Below are positions 12,541-24,812 of a stretch of DNA of 64,000 nucleotides, piece after piece (position 1 is the first letter of the stretch; each line of letters opens with the position of its first letter). The stretch lies in NCBI RefSeq assembly GCF_009914755.1, contig NC_060942.1; one strand, given 5' to 3'. Position numbers and translations under genes: made by a program. This DNA comes from the human T2T-CHM13v2.0 reference genome, Homo sapiens. The notes beneath the pieces were generated by a model, which did no database searches, was not told the DNA's origin, and saw only the letters and a list, made by a program, of their open reading frames with translations.

Positions 12541-13656
12541 CTTTCTTCCAGCAAAGCAATGGTCATAGGAAAAGCATCTTTTCCTGGTATTCTGAGACAT
12601 TGACTATGAAATCAACTAATAGGAGACCAGAGCAAAGTTGTGAAAAATGTTCTAATTTTCTAAGCTTGGAAGAGTAGACTCTAACCTTATTTATAATATT
12701 AATATATATAAAACAAGAACCTATTTATGGTGAAGAATCAGCAGTCCTCATTGAACAATTTGTGGGCATACAGGTTATTATGAAATAAGAAATATTTTTA
12801 ATGCTATACTGCTGTCAAACTACCATTTATGAGGATGTGCACAATAGTCAATATTTTTTAAATATAAGGAAGATCATCATACAATATTATGACCTGCTGG
12901 AAAGGTCTTATAAGTAGAATGGAAAAAAAATCACTGAGGCTTTCACGGAATAATATATAAAGAAAATATGTTACCCAAGTGCTTTTAAAAATTATTAATG
13001 GATGGGATTTATTTTATTTCATAACTATCTTTTATTGGTTGCTTTGGTGAAAGAAGTTTTAATTTCTGATTAAGAATAATTTGGGATTAAAAATAAGAAA
13101 TAAGAAAGGGACTGAGAATTAATATAAAATGGAAAACCTGAAATATTATGTGGATTTTATTTTGAATCAGGGAGAGAAGACAGCTAAATCAGTTAAATTT
13201 ACTATTTTCATTGGGGCACCTACTCTTATTTTTGTGCTAAAGAAATGAAAGTGAAGGTTGAAATTATAAATTCTTTGAAGAGTTTGACCATTTATTTGAG
13301 GGACATGTGACTAAGGAAAGCCGTAACCATGGATAGAAGACTAAGAATTACTCACATACATTTTAGTTGCTTGCAAAAGGCTCTTGCATACAACAAAAGA
13401 GTCTTTAAATTGTACAAATTGTAGAAAGTCTTTAAATTGTGTAAACTGCTGATTCTTCACCATAAATAGGTTCTTGTTTTATATATATTAATATTATAAA
13501 TAAGGTTAGAGTCTATTCTTCCAAGCTTGGAAAATTAGGACATTTTTCAAAACTTTGCTCTGATCTCTTATTAGTGGATTTCATAGTCTATGTCTCAGAA
13601 TACCTGGAAAAGTTGCTTTTCCTCTAATGTCCATTGCTTTGTTTGGTTAGAGAAAG
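12541..13656. repeat. Long inverted repeat of unique sequence (arms 12541-12745 and 13445-13656, 699-bp spacer)
   Basis: 12675-12745 is the exact reverse complement of 13445-13515 (71 bp). Outer ~130 bp align with 11 substitutions plus small indels. Confidence 0.97.
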
Positions 13657-13799
13657 TAACATGTTTTTAAAAAAATAAAAAAATACAGGAAAGAAAACAG
13701 AAATAAATGAAAATAATAAATGTTAAAATTAAAAAAGAAATACCTAAATAATGCACTTAAAATATCAATGGGCAATTGTCTAAACATTTTATATGTAAT

Positions 13800-14543
13800 T
13801 TGTTTTAATTTCTGTACATTTAGGGGCTTCAAATGCATATTTTTACATGCACATATTGTGTACTGGTGAAGTCTGGGCTTTCATGCACCCATCACCTCAA
13901 TAGTGAACATTGTACGCAATAGGTGCTTTTTCAAACCTCACTCCACTCCCACCATCCCACCTTCCCATCTTTTGGAGTCTCCTGTGTTTATTATTCCACT
14001 CTGTATGTCCATGTATACCCAATGCTTAGTTTCTACTTATAAGTGGGAACATGCAGTATTTACTTGACTCTCTGTTTCTGAGTTATTGCACTGAGGATAA
14101 TGGCCTCCAATTCCATGCACACTGCTGAAAAAGACAAGATTTCATTTTTTTTTTTTTTTTGGCTGAGTTGTATTTCATGGTATATGTATGTACACCACAT
14201 TTTCTTTATCCAAATCCTCTGCAATGGACACTTAGGTTGATTCAATGACTTTGCTATTGTGAAAGTGCTGCAATAAACATATGAATGCGGGATCTTCTTG
14301 GCTTTGAGCATACACCCAGCAGTGAGATTGCTGACTGTATTTTTAGTTCTTTAAGAAATCTCCATACTGTATTCCATAGAGGTCGAACAAATGTACATTC
14401 CCACCAACAGTGTATAGACATTGCCTTTTCTCAGCATCCCCCCCCAACGTCTGTTGTTTTTTGACTTTTTAATAATAGCCATTCTGCCGGGTGTAATATC
14501 GTATTTCATGGTGGCTTTAATTTGCATTTCTCTGATGATTAGT
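13800..14543 (-). mobile_element. L1PB-type 3' end, 5'-truncated
   Basis: Antisense L1 3' UTR and ORF2 end (ggtgaagtctgggcttt, acttataagtgggaacatgcagtattt, tttgcatttctctgatgattagt). Degenerate TSD atatgtaattt / acatgtaattt. ORF 14060..14311 (-) shows L1 ORF2 C-terminal-like residues (TIAKSLNQPKCP). Confidence 0.9.
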
Positions 14544-15285
14544 ACATGTAATTTTTTATAAATAGGTAGGTAGGTAGATACTCCACTTGGAACACTTGGA
14601 ACGTAGCATCGATGTTTACATATTTTAGATAAATATAAAATATAAAAATAAACCTACATATGTACTGTAAAATATGATATTGATGCCAACGATTTTATGT
14701 TACTGAATTTAAGAAAAGTAACACAGAACATTCTCACATGAGAGTTGATATTTGACAAAAAGAAAACTGTTCCAGAATGAATAAATTATAAATTACATTT
14801 GAAATTGGTGCTTAATTACATTTCAATACTTTATTGCAAAGTGGATACACTATTCATTTGTTGCTATAAAAAGCATATTTAATAGAACCATGAAACTGTG
14901 CATGGTGCTTCTATGGGAATAAAGGAAAAGACCATTTCAGGCTGCTTATGAAAATTGTTGCCACATGATAGTGTTTCATCTGTATTGTGCTAAAAATTCA
15001 AACAATTTTGTTCTTCTATTTCTGACAATGTTAACAAACCAACAATCTCAAAATTTGATACATCAAGAAAGCACCTCACTTCCTTTTATAGCCTGTACTA
15101 AAGCCCATTGAGTTCAATGAAGCACACATACGAAAGGCCCAGTGAGAAAAAAGGATATATATTCATGTTTTAAAGGGTTCTTCTACTATTTTTGCCTCAG
15201 TTTACACTATGCACCTATGATTAAGATTTTCTTAGTTATTGCCTTTTCATTGTTATTTTTCTAAAGACTTGATGCTTGAAGGACA

Positions 15286-15673
15286 TGGTTATGGGCTGTA
15301 TTGTGTCTACCCACAATTTGTATGTTAAAGTTTTAACCCCCAGTTCCTAAGAATTTGTCTGTATTTGAAGCTGGGGCCTTTAAAGATGTAATTAACATTA
15401 AAAGAGTTCATAGGCATAGACCCTAATCCATTTTGATTGGTGCTCTTATAAGAAGAGGAGATTAAGACACATGCAGAAAGAGAAGACCATGTGAAGACAG
15501 AGGGAGAAGGTGGCCATCTGCGAGCCAAGAGAAGAAGCCTCAGAAGAACCCAATCTTGCCAACACCTTGATCTTAGACTTCTAGCGTCCAGAATTTCAAG
15601 AAAATAAATTACTGCTGTTTAAACCACACAGCCTGTGGTATTGTTTTAATGCCAGCCCTACTAAATGAATACA
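15286..15673 (+). mobile_element. MLT1B-like solo LTR
   Basis: tggttatgggctg...gaagaccatgtgaagacagagggagaaggtggccatctg...aacaccttgatcttagacttc...aataca; 5-bp TSD ggaca/agaca. Confidence 0.88.
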
Positions 15674-15749
15674 AGACATCTTAGCTGGGCATAAAAAAAT
15701 ATAGTTTGTTCTTCCTTTTCATAAGATTCTAGAAAATTTCTCACTTACT

Positions 15750-16135
15750 TGTGGGCTGGTTTAAATGCTTCCTCCGTGGGAGGGCATCAGCTGAGTTTGG
15801 TTCGGTTTTCCTTTCTGTTCTAACAGGACAGCTCTGACTTCAATGCCTCATAATTGTTGTGCTCTCCCTCACCCAGCACCCAGAGGTGCTCTCTGCCCCA
15901 CTCGCTGCTGCTAGATGGTGAGAGTGTAGCGGTGTCGGCCACCAGATTGTTTTTTCTTTCTGTATCTACAGTGCCTCTTTCAGCCATATAAATTAAAACT
16001 AGATACTATGAGGGCTCACCTGATTTTTGGTTCCTATAAAGGTGTTTTTCTGTACAGATAATTGTTAAATTGGTGTCCTTGAGGGGAACGGTCAATGGGT
16101 GGAGCCTTCTATTCTGCCATCTTTCTCTGCCTCTC
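15750..16135 (-). mobile_element. Orphan L1 5' UTR (L1M1/L1MA-type 5' end)
   Basis: Reverse complement starts gagaggcagagaaagatgg, an L1 5' terminus with a YY1-like aagatgg; contains ctcacctgatttttggttc, typical of old L1 5' ends. Confidence 0.7.
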
Positions 16136-16689
16136 TGGTATGAGAGATATTTGAAAATCTGGAGCATTATCTAACAAACTTAATCCTCTCCGAATTTTTA
16201 AACTAATTTTCTATACCCTTCAGTCATTTTCAAGATTGTCTTATTTCTTTAAATATAGTAAGTGTATTTGCTTTTGAATCTGTGTCCAATAGATTCACTG
16301 TTTATGTGATTTTTTTCTACTAGAGTTCAGTATTAAATATTTCTGTAAATAGTTATCTTTGACTGGGTCTGATAATTACTATTGAAAACTCATTTGTGGA
16401 ACTCTCAAAATTAAAATATAAAATAACTTAGGCTAAAAAATCTAATCAAATTATGATAACATTTGGATAGGATTATTATTATTATTATTTTATACTTATC
16501 TTTTAATGATGCCAAAAACTATTGGTTAACAGGATCATAGTAGTGTATTATAACAAATTGATTTCTGAACTGCTATCAATTATTCTTAAAAGATGTTTAT
16601 GTAATAAAACAGTTCATTTTCCTTTCAAGAAACATTCAGGCACAATTTTTGATACAATAAAAAATTCATAATTACTTTAATTTTCACCT

Positions 16690-17420
16690 AGAAAGTTAAT
16701 AATGACATGCTTACCTACAACTCTATTTTCTATTTCTCTCCTTAAAGAACCACACATATTGACACACACATATTTATAAAATTAGAAAAATGCTATTCAC
16801 ATTCACTATAGTCTGTTTTGTCCAATAAGCTATATTATGCATACTATTATTTAATATAATATAATGTATCTCCATGTTAAATACACAGCTAAGTCAGTAT
16901 CCCGGAAATTGTTTCCTGAATTATATCAAGCCATCTTAAATAAATCCCATATTTCTGATTATATTATTCTAAATTGCTTTTTATTTTAAACAAAACTGTG
17001 AAGAAAGACATTTCTGAGCATTTCTCTTCACACATTTTCTGTTTATTTCACTAAAAACCTTTCTAAAAATAGAACAGCTGGGTCAGGTTGTAACAGTATT
17101 TTAGAGGCTTCTGATACATACTGTCCACTTTCTCTTAAGAAACATATTGATTTACGCTCTTACAAATAATATAGAAGAGTTTCTCTTTCCTGATAGCATA
17201 ACCAGCACTAATTATCAGCATTTTTTTAAAAAATCAAGTAAACACACCATATGGTTTTGCTATTGTTTTAGCATGCATTTTTGAGGTATTGAACAATTTT
17301 AGTTTAATAGACCATTCTTCTCCATTAACATTTATTATATTTTTGTCAATTTTCATTGAGTTATATTAAATAACTTAATCTTCCTTAATTAATTACATAT
17401 ATATTGTTCTAGATACTATT
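16690..17420 (-). mobile_element. Very old L1ME-like fragments
   Basis: Degenerate antisense L1 3' motifs (agaacagctgggtcagg, ttttgctattgttttagcatgcattt). Confidence 0.4.
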
Positions 17421-17650
17421 TCCCTGGTAATTTCTTTATGATCTTTCATGCTGGTTGTTGTTACTATTATTTTTGAGAATATTCGTGGTTTGGTCACTTG
17501 TTGATTTTGTTCCTTGGTTATTCAAACAGAAATTTAAGTATGAGATTGGGCTTTGAAAGACTTTCTCCATCTTTTCATTTAATTGCACTTAAATCCTTTA
17601 GCAAAATATATTGATGTAAGTTTTGAAAAGTGTCAAGTTGGACTTTAACT

Positions 17651-17696
17651 GATGATAGATTAGATAGATAGATAGATACATAGGTAGATGATAGAG
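17651..17696. repeat. (GATA)n microsatellite, imperfect
   Basis: gatgatagattagatagatagatagatacataggtagatgatag. Confidence 0.9.
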
Positions 17697-18067
17697 AAAT
17701 ATAATTTTTGAAATTTCATTATAGTTATAAAATCATTTATAATACCTCGATATTACTTTATATACATACATACCCTATTGAACAACAAATAGTTATAATG
17801 CATTATAAATCTAATATGCTCTATAACATTATCTTAAAATTGTATATATACATGACAACTTTAATAAACTTGACATTTTCTCCGTATTCTGAGTACTCTC
17901 ATATATCTTAACTAGTGTGAAGTAGCTTGGGGAATTCTATTGAACACTCTGAACCAATAGGCCTCTACACTGTTAAAGATTTTTCAGCCAGTATGTAATA
18001 TAATGTAATATTGTGGCTGGTGTGCTAATGATTTTACTGTGGCCTCTCTTTATGCCATTTATTTTAC

Positions 18068-18214
18068 CTGATTGTATCTGATAAACAATATTTCTTTTAA
18101 AAAGTGTGGGAAAATAGTGCAACTGGGCCACTGGGTGGAGCGGGGCACGGGTAAATACAAGTTCTCCATATTATTCCACAACGTTTCTGGTTTCTGGAGT
18201 TCCTTCCAATGAAA
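18068..18214 (-). ncRNA. Candidate internal exon (147 nt) of a minus-strand spliced transcript
   Basis: Minus strand: acceptor cctatctttccttaacag| and donor CAG|gtaaaat around a GC-richer non-repeat island; stop-free in phase 0. Prediction from splice signals only. Confidence 0.4.
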
Positions 18215-19649
18215 CTGTTAAGGAAAGATAGGCAAATTGGGGCTGAAAATGGACATGATTCCTTGAATATAATGAAGTTCTTTGTAAATACTGCTATGTC
18301 TAAGCAGGATTTGTCGTTTGGAGCAAATGACAGCTAAACGTGTCATGGCTTCAGTGCACACAAAGAGTACACAGATGGGATTATTCCAGTGCCAGGCATT
18401 CCCTCAATGGGGACTGTGCTGTCATGTAATCTTGTAATTCATATTTTGGTAAGCCTTCATGTTTTCAGAAACCTGTAACTGACCACTACCCTCCTTAAAT
18501 AAATGTTTAGTAGTTGTTGGTTTCTATTCCAGTGATCTGTCCACACTTGTCTCTTTTCTAATATTAACATGTTCTCACTATCATAGTTTTAAAATTTGTT
18601 TCAATACCATCCGAGTAAATCACATAAAATATTCAGATTCATATGCTGTAAGAGTAAAGATATAAATAATAGCCAAGTCATTTCAGAGCCTTTTTTTCTT
18701 GATAAGATATTATATATTAATGTAACATATTATAGCAAAGAAGTTTAATTAAAAAACTAGTAGGCACAATTTGTATCACAATTTGACATAATTTAAATGT
18801 GCATATCATTTGTTATTAATCACCATTTTCATTTTGGCTTAAAAATGTATGTACAAATATTCATGTATCTGAAAGGAAATGCTTAGTACAGAATGTTACT
18901 TTGAATTACCTAACAAATAATTGTTATCAGCATCTACTTACGCTGAGCTAAATGATTACACAAACAAGATTCTAGCAAATTTAAATTTGGTGTCTGTGCC
19001 AAGCCCTCAGTGTTTCACTTGAGTCTATTTTGAAGTAAATACATCAAACTGTTTTTGAAAATAATCATTGTTTACATAATAATCATAATAATTTATAGCA
19101 AGATTAGAAATAGGGTCTATTTTAACATATTAATATATTGATTCTTAAGAGCTTTTTGATATTCAGAATGAATATTAATATACTGTACTCTTTAAAATTA
19201 TCCAAAGAAATAGACCAAGTTGCAATGGCCATTTTATTTACATATTTTGAGACAGTTGTACCTTGATGTGTTTTCATATTTCATTGATTTTTATGAGCTT
19301 TATTATTGATTCCCTTTTGTTGGAATCAATGAATTCTTGATTCCATCAAAGAATCATGAATTCTTTCTATACCCTTAAGTTAAAAATACTGTTTCTAATG
19401 GGATAATTCTTGATTGTGTAATAAATATGCTTGTGAATCTCTAGCATTTCAGAGTCACAATGCTTTAATGATTAGCCATGTTCCCCTACACTATTTTATA
19501 TGCATATATCATGAGGGTAGTAGTTACTATTTTTTCAATTTGTGATTATTAAGTTAATCACACATGTATGAATTATCTGTTATGAATACTCTGTTATATA
19601 CGAGGAGTTCCAGCTCTACTCCAGAATCTTTAGTGTGATCATTCAGGCC

Positions 19650-20060
19650 TGATCACAATTACAAAGCTCTACTTGGCAAGTCTCGTGGATAAAGCTTCCC
19701 ACTGTGTACCAGACTTGGCTCACAGACATTGCAGTCTCTAGTGGGAGTGACAGTCAAGGATTCACGTCCTCTCAGGCATGCCACACTTACATGCATATTT
19801 ATATTTCGAGGCAAATGTATTCCTTTTGGAGGCCTCTGCATCAGGAGATTCAGTACTTTTCTGCTCCTAGCTCTTCCCAGCTCTCCCTCCTCACAGTCCC
19901 ATGAGTCCATAAAACGGCAGGAGCCGTATTCTCAGGACTCCTCAAGGAATGAGACAGTTCCCCTCATCTGCACGGCTTCACCTGACCCTCTCCAAGTGCT
20001 GTTCTATGGGGAAAAATAAAAGACCAGAGAGCTGGCACCTACTTTTGTCTCAGAATAAAG
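19650..20060 (+). mobile_element. Possible ancient LTR (family not assigned)
   Basis: GC-richer ~400-bp island with LTR-like order: CT-rich box, ataaaa (~19909), then aataaa signals (~20015, ~20054). Confidence 0.35.
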
Positions 20061-20892
20061 GCGAGATTGTCATTTTCATTTTGGCTCATTGTACTAATTG
20101 ACCACTTCAACACCTGGCAACTCAGCAATATAATCAGAACACAAAGAAAAACATCGTCGTCATTTTCAAAGAACTCGCCATTTACTTAGATAAAATATTT
20201 TAACTAGAACTGAATGAACAAAAGTTTTCCTATATTCAAAAGTTTAAAATTGTTTCTTCGTGAATTAGAAATAAATATATAAATAAAAAGCATTTTCTTC
20301 AGCATAATGCAGATAATATTGAGAAAGTATAATTATTATTTATTGGAAATATAAGGAAGCAAGTGTTTTCAATTGATCCCACAATAAATGTTCTACTACC
20401 AATAACAATTTCAAAAAATTATACCTGTATCATTTTAATTGTGTATTTTTTAATGAAACAAGTCCAATGGACCAGGTGAGTGGCATGATTAGCTTTAAAA
20501 CTGTATGAAAATTAGGAAATATCCTTCAGAACTTTAAGAAGATTGACTACTTTTGTCATGCTTCGCTAATAGTAGCTTGTGGGAAAAATACAGAGTTCTA
20601 TATCTACACCTGGATTTATATTTATTCATATATATATACATAATAAAAATGTGTCCAGAAGATTATTTTTGAATTTAAACACACTCATATTTTTAATTTG
20701 CTTTATGAAAATAATACAATTTTGATTAATTAATAAATCAATTATTTACAACCTAAAATGAGTAATATTAATGAATCATTAGATGGATTGGTTATTAAAT
20801 ACACTGTAAGAATTTCCTGGGAGGAGAAAGCAGCTGCCACCAAGTTTTACTAAATATATTCAACCTTCAAGAGTATTCCAGGGCAAAATTTG

Positions 20893-21265
20893 TGATACAG
20901 TTTGGCTGCGTTCCCACCCAAATCTCATGTTGAATTGTAGTTCCCATAATCCTCATGTGTCATGGGAAGGACCAGGTAGAGATAATTGAATCATGGGGGC
21001 GGTTCCCCATTCCTGTTCTCGTGATAGGGAGTTAGGTCTCATGAGATCTGATGGTTTTAAAAGGGGCTTTCCCCTTCGCTGGACACTCACTTCTCTCTCC
21101 CGCTGCCATGTTAAGAAGGATATGTTTTCTTCTCCTTCTGCCGTGATTGTGTTTCCTGAGGCCTCTCCAGCTGTGTGAAACTGTGAACCAATTAAACCTC
21201 TTTTATTTATAAATTACCTAGTCTCGGGTATGTCTTCATTAACAGCATGAAAATAAACGAATACA
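20893..21265 (+). mobile_element. THE1 (D-like) LTR
   Basis: tgatacagtttggctg...cccacccaaatctcatgttgaattgtag...ttcctgaggcctctccagc...aataca. Followed by gtaaa, which matches the THE1-int start; no matching TSD. Confidence 0.92.
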
Positions 21266-21299
21266 GTAAAGCTTACTTTCTCAGTATTTACCAATGACC

Positions 21300-21357
21300 T
21301 CTGTTCTAAAACTTTTTGGTTTCAGGATCACCTTACACATTTCAAACTTATTGAGAA
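21300..21357 (+). mobile_element. hAT-Charlie-type DNA transposon terminal fragment
   Basis: gttctaaaactttttggtttcaggatcaccttacac...ttattgag resembles a Charlie-family end. Confidence 0.45.
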
Positions 21358-21359
21358 TT

Positions 21360-21605
21360 AGGGAGCACTGCAAGAATGGTAGAGTGAAAACCTTCAAAAA
21401 TATGTGCCCCCCAAAAAGCAATGCAAACTGCAAAAATTGTCAAAATCAACTTATTCAGAATTCTGAAAACTAACAATATGAGAAATGTATATTCTAGAAA
21501 AATGACTGAATTTCTGCACAAACAATAGTCTTTGTTGGTGTTTTGACTTGCCTTCATCCCAGCCCCCTCCACTGACGCTGTGGGAATCTTGAACACCGAC
21601 AGCCT
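21360..21605 (+). mobile_element. Old L1M (MC/MD-type) 5' end fragment
   Basis: caagaatggtagagt...aaaaattgtcaaaatcaactt...agaattctgaaaactaac resembles an ancient L1 5' end. Confidence 0.55.
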
Positions 21606-24600
21606 CGTAACTATTGTATCTCACCAAAATAATTGAGACATAACTCATCTGTAACTTCTGCTTATAAATAACATTTTTCCAAAAGTACAGAAAATATACT
21701 TCTCAGTAAAATATGTTGATATTAATTATATTAAGCGAAAATATATTGTTGATGCTATATAGCATAAATGCAAAATGGCATCTTCAGTCAGATAAGTTTA
21801 ACTTCATCCAATCTAAAACACCAAGTATTTATTTGTGCTTAACAACACAAGTTTAGATATTGGTGGCTTAACTCTGCTTATAAGCATCTGTTTATAGAAT
21901 TAGATGATCACTTTATTATGTTAGCATTCTGCTGACTAAAGCAAAAGTCCATTATATTCATTATGTTATTTTATTCTTTATGAGTATGTGATAGTCCATT
22001 GAATATAATTAAGAGTTTGAGAAATGAGAAACGCTAGCAGAATTACACAATGAAATAATAGTTGTTTCTTTATATAAAATTGCCACTTGTGTAGACTTGG
22101 TACAAAACTCAAGTTGATTTTGGAGAAGAAAAATATCTTATACCACAAAACTAGCACTTACAAACTCAGCCTCTTGCTGTAAAAAGCAATGTTTACACTG
22201 AAAGAAAAAAAAAAAAAAGACAAATCTACCCAAAACATTATTGACCCCCTCTCCCAGAAAAAATTCTCAGAATGGATTAAGGTTTTAAAAAAAGATGTAT
22301 CAGTCGAAGGACATTTTAAAATTAGAGTAATGTTTGCTGATGTAATGAACATACAAAGATTACCTGTACCATCACCCTTTTAATTATTATTTCAGATACT
22401 AGGTAAGATTATTTTCTAATTTACTTATATATTTGTGTTTAGAAAATTAAATTTGTGTGAAATTTGACCACAAAACCAGTATATAAGGATTGCTCCTTGC
22501 CAACACATAACATAAAATATAATTGAGGAATAAAACAGACACACACATAATAAAGGTACAAGGGATTTTTAACAATACCAAATGTTAGTATAAACATCGA
22601 ATCAAAAGTTTAGTATATGGCAGGAGAATATTGGCAGATGCCAGCATGATTGGATGACTGAGTTCCAGGAATAGTAGACTGAGTGACTAGAAATAGAAAT
22701 GTGTGTCTTGCAAGCTGAAAACTATCTTTAGGATTTTTTTTCAGCACTAGTTGAAAGACTGGTTTAAGGCAAAAATTAAAAATAAATAAAAAACAGCGCT
22801 TTATTCCTGTCCCATAATTTGTATTACGCAAATTATTTCCTTTAATCTCTGCCTTTTAATATTAAAGCTAATTTGAAATTTAAGGGTTTATGGTAGAAAT
22901 TTTGAATGTATGCCCATGAATAAAATGTAATATAAAAATAATGTGAAGAACCATTACATAAATACAATTTAAAATAGTGACCTTTGCTTTATTATCTGCT
23001 GATATTTATTTTGGGAGATAGTATGAATTCTGTAATAAGCATATTCACCCAAGTTCTTAAAATCATTTTCACAATAGGAGGAACATGGCTAATAGTTAAA
23101 ATAAATATACAGTTACACTAGTGTGCTTACAATCTGTTTCATTGCTGAAAATTAATTATAATTACAGTAATAAAGACATTTAACTGACATTTTCACCTAT
23201 TGTTTATTTAAGGAGGAGATGTAAATGTGTGCAAGTGTTTTCAGAGAAAGGTGTTTTATTGAAATATAAGTGTGTTAAACTTTCATAAACAGAAAGATCA
23301 GGCTAATAAGAAGAACACTACTGTATTTTCCTCTCATTTCTAAAATAAGAATGTTAATTAAAGGATGTTAAAGTTCTACAGACTTTAATTGTATGCTTTG
23401 AAATTAGATGCATTCTCCTCTCTAATATGCTAATTAATTATGAATACTATGTAAATTTTCTGAGCAAAATATTAAGAATATTTTATTCCATAAATTAATA
23501 ATATAAGTTCTAAAAGTGAAAATGGAAAATGTAATATTTTAGATTGTGTGGCAATTTAATTATTATTAAATATTCTCAGTTAAATTATTTAAATTTTCTT
23601 GAATTGGACATCCAGGTGATAATTTTTCTATTCTACATAAACACGGATATACACATTGTCCAGTTTTTGCATCAGGTATAGATCTAGGCCAAACTGCCTA
23701 ATGCCTGCCTACTCATTTGTGAAGGACGTGGTGACTTCCTTCCATGATATCACAGGATAAGTGAGTTGAAGACATTTAACTATCTTCCCTTTTGCAAACA
23801 TTTCACATGTAAAATTTTCTGAATAAGTAGACTTCTTAAAATACTTTGATTTATAATTATGTAATGCAAATTCTATTGCTATAACTGATGACTGAAGGTC
23901 AGCCAAAATGTAAGAAAAATTAATTGCAAATAAATTTTGTTTAAGTCATAGCCCTGGGTAGCTTTAGGCCAGTAGGAAATTTTGATTAAAGTTTTAAGTT
24001 ATGAATAGGAGGTAGTTTTATGAAAATATGCACCTGAAGCATGAAAAGAAAGTGCAAATGTTTGTATAAATGATGTAACCTCATCCAAGGCTTTGGAGAA
24101 CTATTTTAGATACAGCTGCTCATCAGAACTAGGGTGTGTCTTTGGCAACAGAGTGATGAGCTATGTCTCTCTTCTTACTTGACTGAAAAGACTAAAATAT
24201 AAAATATTAACCAAATAATTTTAACTGAAAGATACTGAAACATTTCTGAAGAATAAGATGTTGATAATGTATCTAGTCATATAAAGTAAGATAATCAGAT
24301 AGCTGTGATGACTCCTGAATAAATTGTCGTGCAGAATAAATTAAGCAATGAGCAAGAAAACACTTGAATAACAGTAATAGGGCCTGACACTGTACTATTG
24401 CTGCTGCTATTTGGTTTCTGAGTGTTTTATATGCAGTTTTTGCATGAGTCAGACCTACACTGTTCTGTGTACTTTCACCACAGTTAGTTCCCTGGATTAA
24501 AGCCACTCTACCATCTGGCAGAGTAGCAATCGTATAAATGAAGAATCAAACTCAATACCAAGGGTTTGTAAACTGAAGTGTCATTTGCAGTCTGCTCCGC

Positions 24601-24684
24601 ATGTGTGAGACCTGGAATTTTTCAGAAACATTTCCTAGGCAGATTTTATTAGCCAATCATATGCATTCTAGTTATTCTCAGATT

Positions 24685-24812
24685 ATATTCATATAAATAT
24701 GTATGGTTTATATATCAATAATATATAAATATAAGTATATATTTATATAATAATACATAGTATGTTATATAATAAATACATAAGATATATTTATGATAAT
24801 ATATTATGTTAT
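24685..24812. repeat. AT-rich low-complexity (TA-like) tract
   Basis: Near-pure A/T tataaatata-type sequence. Confidence 0.8.
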
